From Antedon mediterranea (lineage: Eukaryota; Animalia; Echinodermata): a DNA stretch of 64,000 nucleotides. The notes beneath the pieces were generated by a model, which saw only the letters and a list, made by a program, of their open reading frames with translations, searched no databases and was not told where the DNA came from. Both the position numbers and the translations under genes were made by a program. Shown piece after piece: positions 53,139 through 64,000 of the stretch; the first letter of the stretch is position 1, and every line of letters begins with the position of its first letter. Location of the stretch: positions 23,510,070-23,574,069 of the forward strand of contig NC_092671.1 in assembly GCF_964355755.1 (NCBI RefSeq). Reading direction: 5' to 3'.

Positions 53139-55099
53139 TTGCTGCTGATCATTATCAAATTATATTATATTACTGTTACAAAATGTTTACGCGGACAAGC
53201 TATACAAGCTATTGACCCAGATTCTGGTATTTGGTTACGAGGAACCGTTAAGGGAGTTTATCCCGACGCCGTTGTAGTATGCTGGACTGGCTATAATTCT
53301 GTAAGCCACGTCAAATTACAGTACGTAAGACTTCCAATGAAGAAACGACAGGCAACCCTAAAAAGTTACAAAGAGGAGACCTGGTCCAACGAGTATTAGC
53401 GTCGGGATTGAGAGGACCAACAGTTGCTGTTAAGTTTAATGATATATTTGCATCAGAGGTGAGTAATCAACATTCTTTTTTTTTGTTGGCTTTATGATAT
53501 TTTAGTTCAAACAGCGATCATCTCTTTTAAAAATGTTAAGGAAGGGGTCGCTTTTTTAATTAAATTGTTTTACATATTTCCAAAAATGATATTGTTGCCC
53601 GTTTTAAATTAAATTTATTGTTAGTTAAAATACTTAATTATCTATGGTTTATTTATTTCGTTATAGGTTCATTCACTTTTGTTTTATGATATTTTAGTTC
53701 AACATCGAGCATCTCTTTCAAAAATGTTAAAGAATAGGTCGCCTTTTAATTAAATTGTTTTACATATTTCCAAAAATGATATTGTTAAATTTATTGTTAG
53801 TTAAAATACTCGACCCAACCAATGTATCGTTTTTTAAATGTATGGCAAATGTTTAAACTAAATATTTTTTTCTGATACAGGTAAAAGCAGAAACGGGGGA
53901 AACGATCCTATACGAATTTATGACCGAGGCAGACGACGAACGAGTTGACAAAGATGACGATGGTATTGATGGTGATGGCGACAATGATGGTGATGGCGAC
54001 AATGTAGATAACATACCAGAACCTGCACCAAAAAGAAGACGCCGTCAGAGTACTGTCGATGTTACAAAGAAGGTAGGCTTAAATTCTGTTTTTACATTAC
54101 ATACTGTACATTAAATTTTTCTGACATTGTATTAGATTACTTATCACAATGTTAATGTCACATAAATTTGACCAAAAATTGGTTTGAAAAAATGTATTTA
54201 CCTTAACAAATGTAATTTAAAGCAAAAAATAGTCAAATTGTTTTGGGTTTTTTGCCGAAGTGAGTAACTTTATTGAAACTATAAAATAACCTATTCAAAG
54301 TCTGATTTTTTTTTAATCTTTATTTTTCATGGTTTTGGGGAAACAATATATCTTTAATACCTTGAAACCAAAAAAAAAAAAAACAAAACCATAACTGTAC
54401 ATGTGTCCCTTATTAATTACGTAATTTTTGCAGGTCGATTAATGAAGTTTCTTTTGTTTATATTTTATGTAGGCTGCGACAGTTATAGAAGTAACTCATT
54501 CGCCGCTACCACCAAATGCTGACTCTGACGAAGAATTTGAGAACAGATTCATGATCTATGACACCGACAACATCGACCTCCACAACGCAGACCAGATACT
54601 AGACGAACTGACCAACGACAACGACAAGGAAATGACATTTGCGAGTGACCGATGGGATGATGAGAATGAGATGGAGCGTCGCCAAGACCGACTTGAACTT
54701 AGACTGCACCAACAGGTGTCTGACATTATGGCAACTTTACAACAACAAACTACCATCAGACAACAACAGCCACAAGCAGCACAACACCAACCACCATTGA
54801 ACAATGACCCACATCAAATACCACAGGACTTACGACGACGACTACTTAGCTTTACTGACGACCGACTAAAGATTGCACGACTATTGACTGAATACTTCTT
54901 TACCGAAGAAGAAAGATGCAATTGCAACACATCAGGATGAAACGGCGCTGCTCGACTCGACGCGACAAGATTGGACTACATTAAGACTGAAGTGTTTAAC
55001 TTAGCTCCTGCCCCTGTTGCAGAAATGGATATCAGATGGAAAGAATGCCTTAAGTCGCGTAGACAAATTAAATTTAAACAGAGACACCAACGAGAGTAG
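53139..55099 (+). pseudogene. Spliced accessory gene: Tudor/Agenet-like barrel, acidic region + NLS, coiled coil, BEN-like domain
   Basis: Exons about 53139-53458, 53881-54072 and 54473-55099 with phase-0 GT-AG introns. Motifs: RGQAIQAIDPDSGIWLRGTV..VVVCWTGY; PKRRRR; MERRQDRLELRLHQQVSDIMATL; IARLLTEYFFTEEERCNCNTSG*NGAARLDATRLDYIKTEVF..RWKEC. One internal TGA and frameshifts. Confidence 0.65.
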
Positions 55100-55551
55100 G
55101 CCTAGATTTAACTATTGTAATTGTAATATATTTAAATTGTACTATTTTTTATTCTTTGCCATTATTAGCCTTTGTTTTGATTGCTATCATTTGTTTTCTA
55201 TGTCTTTGATTTATAAATAAATAAAATTCAATTGTAATTATAGTTTGGCTTTTTGTTTTTATTGCTTTCGTTTGTTTTCTAGGTCTTTGGATAAATAAAT
55301 AAAATCAATTGCAATTATAGTTTGGCTTTTTTTTTTATACTTTAATATATAATATATATAATAGCATGATTGAAATCAGGAATTTAATTACACATTAAAA
55401 TATGGATCATACCACAGTAAATATGTACAGCATAAAACGTAATTTCCAGAGATAAATGGCAACTAAACATTATATATTACATTCGTTAAACTAAACACTT
55501 AAATATTAAAAACGCGAGATAAATGAGACGCGAAAAAAATCGGTAGCGGCA

Positions 55552-56724
55552 CTAGTAACCCGTCGTGTGTCCCTTGCATGTAATAACAGCAGGTACGACG
55601 ATTCTCAGATGGGATACATATTTCCTGCACAGTTTACGGTTCATCTTTGTTTTCCAAAACTGATTGATGCCTGCAACCAGTTCAGCCTTCACCATCGGTT
55701 TCCATTCCTATAAAATACAATCGTAAAATTACGTTATACAGAATAATTATAAACAATTTGTCAAAAATCCAAAATTTGTTCAAATGAAGTTTTCGTAGAC
55801 AATTAATTCATGTTTTTAAACTGCAGTGTATGAACACCGATTTTTACTTACGGTACATTATGAGAATTAGACCAATAAAAGATGAATTGAATTACCTTTC
55901 GTAAAAAATCTTTAAGTTGATGCCACACAAGCTCGATGGGATTAAGGTCTGGTGACTCCGCCGGGGTTTTCCACCAATATATGTTCTCTCTTTTGAAATA
56001 ATCGACAGCGTAACGCGAAGTATGTTTGGGATCGTTGTCCTGCATGAAACGGAATTTGTTATCTGTGAACTTTAGCTGAAACATACGGACAAAATACGTG
56101 ATCTAAAATCGTGTTTACATAAAATTCTTTCCTCATTATCCCGTCAAATATTTTGATTGGCGTTGCTCCCTCTGTAGAAATTCCCGCCCATACATGTACT
56201 TTTGTTGGATGTTTGGCCGTAGGTTTCAATTTCGGTTGTTCATGCAGCTTCCTAAATGTAATTCTAGCATGATTATCAAGTTCAATTGTACATTCGTCTG
56301 TAAAGATAACACGTTTAAACTGTTCGGCATTTCGTATACATTTCACTGCGAAATCAAATCGATTAAATCCGATTCTTTGCTCCTATTAATTGGCAATATC
56401 TTGCACCTTCGCAAACCCATCCCAGTCTCCTACGTCGTCGTCTTACGGATCTGTCTGAAAATGTACAGCCTGTTTTCTCTTCCAATATATCCCGCAACTT
56501 ACTTGAATTCAATTCTGAGTTGGCATCCATTTCGTTGTTTATAATTGCCAAGTGTTCGTCTCTAAATTTACTGGGCCGGCCAGTGCGAGCTTTATCGGCA
56601 ATCGTCGAATTGCTATTGAATCGTTCCGAAATTCGCCGAGCGTTTCCTGTATCTGTTTGACAGTGTTACCACGGTCGCGTAAACGTATAATTCTGGATCT
56701 AGTAGTGTAAGGTGTTTTCATCAT
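55552..56724 (-). pseudogene. Tc1-like DD34E transposase with one spliceosomal intron (55708-55895), frameshifted
   Basis: VIFTDE, VHVWAGIS and FMQDNDPKH...SPDLNPIE (34 residues between D and E). Splicing AAG|GTAATT..TTTATAG|GAA gives an in-frame C-terminus EWKP...CRKYVSHLRIVVPAVITCKGHTTGY*. Confidence 0.92.
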
Positions 56725-59700
56725 GAAATTTCTTTCGAATGTGTCCACAAAAATCTTTCCCAAAAACTCCCATCCCATTCATACAATGAAACAATAAGGT
56801 TTTGATTTTAAAGAAAATGCCTAACATTGCCTATTGTCTTGCATTTGATTAGTCATTCCTATTTATTGGTTATTCTATTTAACGCTTTTCTCTGCATGGG
56901 TTACATTAGGCGTCACAATAATTAATTAATTTATAATATAATATATGATAATTTTAGGGATAATAAAACTAAACGATTTGTTTCTTGTAATTACGCGTTA
57001 TTTCATAATGAATGAACTCTTCACCTTTTGATCAGTTTGTTCCCCCATACGTCACGAAAAGCATGCATGAAAAAGACACGACCAAGGATCGTAAAATTAA
57101 GTATGTGTATTGTTGCCTTTCACGACGGGCGTTTTTGTTTTTACAATCAATTGAGAAATGTAGTACTGCAAAGTTTTTAGTTTGGAAATAATTAATTACG
57201 AAGTGACCTAGCCTCCATGATTCACCGCCGCCTTAACTTGGGTATTTACTACTCCAGTTTTAATATAGGCACACAGTAATTGAGGACATGACCACTACTG
57301 TAGATGCAAGGGCAGACGTAGCTCATACACACAGGCCTACTCGTTATGACGTTAGTAGTAGGCCTAGCCTAGTGTAATTTATTATTAAGCTAGGTTTCCA
57401 CGGAAAAATACACATTATGTTTGTTTTCCTCATTATTTGTAATACTGTATTTTATACTATTACTACTACTACTAATACACACTGGTAATCTGTAAATACC
57501 ATACTGTACGATTGTTATTTCAACGCAAACTCAACGCAACACATTGTGTTGGTTGAATAAAAAGTTCAACGAACTGAACACTTTCAACTCCAACGGACAA
57601 CGCATTGTCAACACTTTAACAATGCGTTGAATGCGTTCAAAATCTGCAGTAATTCTGTCCGGTACTGTATTTCATACTACTAATCACGTCAACCTGGTAA
57701 GTTATCCAACTAACTTCAACATGGTATGTTATCCAATTAACTTCAACATGTATGCATTGCTATCTAATAAGAAAAAGCTGTACAGTATATCATTATCAAA
57801 GAGAAATTATTTAACAGTGAATTCATTGTTGTTACAATAATGAATGATAACAACTTAACTCGGTTATGCATTTACAGTATAGTAGGTATCCCAATGAAAA
57901 AATTCAGAATAATTTTAAAATTCAGTTAACCATAAAGAACTTAATGTAATTAGCATTTTGCAATTTAAATGATTGAAATCCGATTACCCGTTCTAAAGTT
58001 ATGGTTATTAAAATGGTAAAAAATATACGATTTTTTTGGCCTAAAAATGGTTTGCAGTTGAAATTGGAAGCATTTTTAAAAGGTTATAACTTTTACAATA
58101 ATTAGTTAAAAGTTTTGAATTTTGTTAAACCTATAGATATCACAGAGTTGTACAACTCTATTTTTTTTGGAGCCTCAACGAAACCTATTTTTTAAATTAT
58201 TGGTCCGCAAAGTGGTAGGAAAGCATTTAGCGCCCATTTTTGCTGGAATTCCCAAAAAAAATGAAAAAACTGCAATTTTTCAATGATCTGTAACTTTTGA
58301 ACTACTGTACTAATTCATTAAATTTTTTTTGTACTTGTTAGAATGTAGTGTATATTTCATTAATAAATATATTTTAGATGTGTATATGAAAAAAAAAATT
58401 TTTTTAATGGTGAAATTTAAAATTATTAAAAAAAAATGAAAAAGTATGTTAAAAACTGTGTGTACTGTTTCCTTTCTTTTACACTAATTTTCGGTAAGTA
58501 TGATTATTAGAATATTTTAATATACTTTATATTATTAAATTTCAATCATAAATACTATTATATATAACTTTTGAATACGTAAAACAAGATTTTAGGCCCG
58601 TATGATTATGACACCAAATCTAAGCCGGGCTGCTAAGTATGATATGCTCTTTTAAGGCAAATGCACAATGGGTCAAAATAAACTCATTTAAAATAATCAA
58701 CGTTAATTAAAACAATTAATTGTTTACCTGAATAGTATATATAACATTATAAAAATTGTTTTCTTTTCGTATTATTACGTTATTAAATTGAAATACGGAG
58801 CTAAAGTTTAGGCCAAGTCACGGCTTACTCGCGATCAGTAGTCGCTACCGTTAAAGTATTTCGGTCGCAGTTAATGACTTTCGACCGCCGTATACACCGA
58901 GTCAAATGTAACGTTGGTAAATTAGCTTAATAAATTTCTTTGGTACATTTTAACCTAACGCATTTGCATTGTACACTTGGATAATAAATCTTCCGCACAT
59001 TACATCAATTTTAAGTTGTTAAATTAATGTTTAAAACCAGATATTCTACGACGGAATAGGACATGTCAATCTCCGACATCGCTGCTGTCACGCATCTCGC
59101 GTCGAGCCGGCCGAAGTCGAGCGAGGAAAACTAAAACAACGTGTTCAAAATATGGAACGTACCATTCGCTGATAGGGTGCATTGATGTATTAAACGGAAA
59201 ACGTCACAACAAACTAGCGCGTACTTTACAGTACAATATTTTACTCACTACAATATTCACCGGATTATAATGGTTCAATCTTCAAAATTCTGAACGGGAT
59301 TTACGCCTCATGCACCATTTTAAAATGTAGTTCGCACAATTACCATGCACAATACGTTTGTAATCTATGTTTTATCGATTTCAATGTAGATTTAGCTATA
59401 ATTTAATACCAAAATCCATAAAATTTTTCCATAAACGGTGATTCAAAATTGTTTTTTTGTCACCAAAATTGATCTTTCGTTACGAAAAACCTATTTATAG
59501 AAGACGATTTTCACATCAAATTAAAGCTCATTTAAAGCCTGATGACATACAACAAAAATTAATCCGCTAGCTTCAATGGTAATCGTGCGATTGTGTTTTG
59601 AAAACTGATGGGGATTTTCCGATGAGGTTTTCAACGCGCGGAAATCGGCTCGACGGGATTTTAGAACCGTTTTAAAATCGCATTTTCTCGGCAACTACTT

Positions 59701-59780
59701 CATTAATTTTAATTGTAAACACACTTATACATAGATTAAAACAAGTACTTTCAAACAATATACATTTTTTAAGTATTAAT

Positions 59781-62071
59781 TGTAAAAGGCTCCGGCCTCC
59801 CTAACTTGTGTGGGATTGCGGTTGACACGTGCAACAATAATGATACTGTACCAGGTAAATCGTCTTGATTTGATCTCCCAACAAACATTTATTGGAATAT
59901 AAACAGGCAAGCAAAACAGGCTCAGTTTATAGCAGTTTAATTTACTTATACATTTTAGCATTTATTATTTGCTTTATTAGCAAGGAGAACACACCTCTCC
60001 CTGCCAGTCACCCAGGCCAAAGAGAAAGATGTCTCCTTGGATACCGCTCTCTAGGCTTGGGTGTCCAGCAGGGTTCCCATCCCCCATGGGCTATTCCATT
60101 ATCAAAAAATCAAACAAAATCACTGAACCATAACATGTTCCCCGTGATGACTATACTTGGCCCCCAAGTATTGTAATCTGACACACTGTCGCAAGATAAA
60201 AGTATACTGATTATTAGATACCCGATTGTTGGTTGAAATAGCATTGGGATGCCACTCCCCGTTAAGACATTCTGCAATGGACTCCTAACCATCATTTCAT
60301 GCCAACTGTTAAAGTGAAGATACTAAATACGGAGCCAGTACGGTCCCTCTCAATAGCAGAAGTATGAGGAATTTCCAATGCGAGTCCACCCATCATGGCC
60401 CTTGTTACCATGACACTCACCCGATCAGTAAAGTTCTGATCGCACCTCATGACCACTGCTAAAGGTTCACCCATAAGACTGCTTTCCAACACCACTAACA
60501 GCTCAAGGAGCATGACCAATCCAATAGGTGCCACCATACGGCTTTATACCTCAAAAACTATAACTACAACTCACAGGTTACCCTATAATCATTACCCTGT
60601 GACAGATCAGTACATTATATAATACAAGCTCCAGAGATTGTGTTACTTTAAACCATTATTATCAACTTTTCAATCATCTATAAATACATCTCATGTTACA
60701 TGATACAAGAACCTGTGTGTACCTAATTATTTTCAAAATACCATATTATGACACCATAACATGCTGTACTCATAAACTTAAATACCTATTAACAATTAGG
60801 TAAACAATAGTAACATAATTATAACAATAACTCCTATTCAGTAAAGATTGATGAACACCAAACACTTTATCATCATAGATTATTTAGCTTCAAATGGTTT
60901 AACAATTACAGAAAAGTAGCACAAAACAATAGAAGGTGTGCATACGTAAAATACAAGTTCATAAAATAAGTCAACACTTAATGGCGAGAAACTGTAGACT
61001 TTGGCCATTTCTCAGGGTTACTATGAAAAGCTCTAGTTGATCTTGATGATCGTCTGAGTTGTGGTCCTACTGGTTGGTGTATCGCATCCTGCTGTGGTAA
61101 GTCATGATGTGTAAATACCCAGGTTGGCATATCATCTTCTTCATCTGAGTCGCTTCCTACAATGTCTTCAGTTGTTGCTTCCCTTGGATCAACAATTAAG
61201 AGTTTTCTATTTACAGTACGTGTTGGGCCACCCAGGAGAGGCCGAATCTTGTAAACGTCTCCAGCGTTGTTAACCCAAACTATGATGTAGGCATCGTGAT
61301 GAAACTTGTCTTCTAACTTGTGTCTGCCTTCAAAAGCACACCTTTTCAACAGTACACGATCTCCAACGCTCAGTTGTGGACTCATCTTATGTATATTTTG
61401 CTTCAGTGTAGAGTTTTCTAGTTTCCTTTCAATGTTATCTTTTGCCACTTGATGGGCTTGTTGTATAGTTTCCCTTCCCCGCATTTCTAGTTTTCTTTCC
61501 AGTCAGGGCATGTAACGGAATTCAATTACATATATTATTTGAATACACAATATGATCGCTGTATTGCATTTGTTTGTAAAATCTCCTGTGTAGAAGGACC
61601 TGCTTCGTTTTCCATAGCCATAGTATATAATATTCTTCCATAAACTGAGGTCTTCCTTGAATAACGTACTTTTTACCTTTATCTGGTCTTGTGTTCAATC
61701 CCACTTCTGACACCACTGTAAAAGGCTCAGGCCTCCCTAACTTGTGTGGGATTGCGGTTGACACGTGCAACAATAATGATACTGTACCAGGTAAATCGTC
61801 TTGATTTGATCTCACAACAAACATTTATTGGAATATAAACAGGCAAGCAAAACAGGCTCAGTTTATAGCAGTTTAATTTACTTATACATTTTAGCATTTA
61901 TTATTTGCTTTATTAGCAAGGAGAACACACCTCTCCCTGCCAGTCACCCAGGCCAAAGAGAAAGATGTCTCCTTGGATACCGCTCTCTAGGCTTGGGTGT
62001 CCAGCAGGGTTCCCATCCCCCATGGGCTATTCCATTATCAAAAAATCAAACAAAATCACTGAACCATAACA
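59781..62071 (-). mobile_element. Young, internally deleted Ty3/Gypsy LTR retrotransposon (2.3 kb)
   Basis: Two 355-bp TG..CA LTRs (59781-60135, 61717-62071) with only 2 differences seen; 5-bp TSD TTAAT; PBS TGGTGTCAGAAGTGGGATT (61697-61715) complementary to the tRNA-Leu 3' end. Confidence 0.93.
60978..61484 (-). pseudogene. Gypsy integrase C-terminal remnant
   Basis: AHQVAKDNIE...LSVGDRVLLK...KLEDKF...VYKIRP...RTVNRKLL...LRRSSR, typical of the post-core integrase tail. Confidence 0.75.
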
Positions 62072-62616
62072 TTAATTAAGAGTGAACACGATTTATTTAC
62101 CATCAAAGTCATACTACTTATTCGAATTTTTTTAATATTTCAAAAGTGATAAACCTCTGTACGCTTTCATTGGGATACCTAATATTAAACATGGAATATA
62201 TTGATTTTGCATGTATTTTTTTATGTTGACGTTGGTGTATTTATAATTCGCTAAGCCAAGGTAGGATTAAATTAATAGCGTAAGCCTACTGTATAAAGAG
62301 GCCGCCGAAACTTGACTCGACTCCGATGTCGATTCGGCCAACGATGTCGTCTCGTCCGGCTAAATTAGGCTAACCAGTCAGTGCATAGGGTGGCTACAAA
62401 ATAGTGAACAGTACATTGTTAATTTGCATTGTCCATGCTTTTTCTAAAGGCGATGACAATGGTGTTAACCCTACGATCGACGCGTAGATAATTATAACAA
62501 CATTAGGCTACGATCTAGGCCTACATGTGTAAATACAGTGGTGGTCGTCGCCATGAAAGTGGTGGTCGGAAATTCCGAGTGGTGGACGGGGCCGACCACC
62601 CTGGCGAGAACCCTGA

Positions 62617-63215
62617 GAGTCAAATGTAACGTTGGTAAATTATTCTAATAAATTTCTTCGATACATTTAAACCTAATGCATTAGCATTGTATACTTGCAT
62701 AATAAATCTCCCGCACATTACATCAATTTTAAGTTGTTAAATTAATGTGTAAAACCAGATATTCTATGACAGAATAGGACATGTCAATCTCCGACATCGC
62801 TGCTGTCACATACCTCGCGTCGAGCTGGCGAGGAAAACTAAACAGCCGTTCAAAATATGGAACGTACCATTCGCTGATAGGGTGCATTAATGTATTAAAC
62901 GGAAAACGTCACAACTAGCGCGTACAATATTTTACTCACTACAATGTTCACCGGATTATAATAGTTCAATCTTTGAAATTCGGGATTTACGCCTCATGCA
63001 CCATTTTAAAATGTAGTTCGCACAATTACCATGCACAATACGTTTGTAATCTATGTTTTATCGATGTCAATGTAGATTTAGCTATAATTTAATACCAAAA
63101 TCCATAATATTTTTCCATAAACGGTTATTCAAAATTGTATTTTTTCACCAAAATTTACCTTTCGTTACGAAAAACCTATTTATAGAAGACGATTTTCATA
63201 TCAAATTAAAGCTAA
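62617..63215 (-). repeat. Third, partial copy of the 2-kb TIR element interior
   Basis: Direct similarity to about 58899-59530, from GAGTCAAATGTAACGTTGG to ATCAAATTAAAGCT. Confidence 0.85.
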
Positions 63216-64000
63216 TTTTCACAATTTAAAAAATAAAAATGGACATTCTTTATGGTATGTGTGATTTTTCTTTAAAAGATTTGAATAATAAATACTTCAT
63301 ATCGAGGCTTTTAATAAATATTTTTTTATTTTAAGAGAAAAATTCACATAGCATGTGGAACTATATTATCTTGGCGTAGGAAGACAAACAAATTCCAGGT
63401 CATGAGAGGCTCAACTTTAAAAAAAAGGTTGAATAGGGTAAGGTCACTGGTTACTTTTTGAGTAAACAATCTAGCGCGTATGATCGTACGCGCTAGATGA
63501 TACGATATTTTAACTACATTTTTTACTTGTTTGGTTGGATGTAATGGAAATAAAAAATAGTTGATCTGGTGGAATGATTTGTAAATAAACAAACACTTGA
63601 AAGAATTATGTTTACAGTTCAATTATTTTCAGAATAATAATATATAAAAATGTGTTTACCAATGGCCAAATAATCGCGTCAATGACAGAAAAGTGTTGAA
63701 AAAATAGATGCTTACACACTGTTTAATAGGCTAGAGAAACGGTTTCCATCACACTTAATAGCAATACATAATGTAAATTTAAATAAATCCTTTCTAAATA
63801 CTGTACGGATCTTTTTCGACGAACTAATAATAAACTTTGATCGAAAAACCTTCAAACATAATTAACATTTGGTAATGCAGTACTCCGAAAATGCCTCGAT
63901 AGTGCATGTGTTGTGTACCGTGTTTTGGTGGTCTGTTAACCTCAGAGATATATACCCTACAGCCGGGTGAATAACTCAATGTAATTTGGTATACAATGAT

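Larger units (their letters stand above)
52830..57662. mobile_element. Two-gene IS630-Tc1-mariner-type transposon (left TIR missing)
   Basis: Convergent transposase and BEN-like genes; GTTGAA/TTCAAC motif clusters at both ends (52833-52950, 57519-57640); right terminus ...CTGCAGTAATTCTGTCCGG|TA. Confidence 0.7.
57883..62181 (-). mobile_element. 2.0-kb TIR element, copy 2 (inverted relative to 47193-49201), interrupted by an LTR element
   Basis: Same TAGGTATCCCAATGAAA TIRs; colinear reverse complement of copy 1. Confidence 0.85.

Noticed and set aside
47193-62181. Composite macro-transposon bounded by the two inverted 2-kb elements
   Set aside because: No TSD at the outer ends, and copy 1 is nested inside elements whose right ends lie within the interval.
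63946-63966. Tiny exon continuing the MAAATEL frame
   Set aside because: Weak splice signals and no recognisable protein; unsupported.

Overview
AT-rich eukaryotic DNA, most likely a marine invertebrate (inferred from composition and repeat types). It holds one recognisable host gene: a spliced FAIM (Fas apoptotic inhibitory molecule) homologue with 4 coding exons, 177 aa, at 15182-38166 (+), plus probable 5' exons near 0.9 and 14.9 kb. A second gene may start at about 43.15 kb. Most of the rest is transposon-derived. Two structures stand out. (1) The 12.7-kb satellite-like array at 1327-14010 parses as a nested stack of eight non-autonomous Helentron/Helitron-like elements, each inserted into the microsatellite of the previous one; their termini close in last-in-first-out order with matching subfamily signatures. 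(2) A decayed two-gene DNA transposon at about 52.8-57.66 kb pairs an intron-containing DD34E Tc1-like transposase with a convergent spliced gene encoding Tudor-like, acidic/NLS, coiled-coil and BEN-like domains; it has clustered subterminal motifs, and a MITE with related ends lies nearby. Also present: a decayed Mag-like Gypsy, a young internally deleted Gypsy with a Leu PBS and an extra hydrophobic ORF, Academ, CR1/L2 and Penelope fragments (the last with a hammerhead-like motif), and many MITEs with readable TSDs. All domain and family assignments are by eye; no searches were run.
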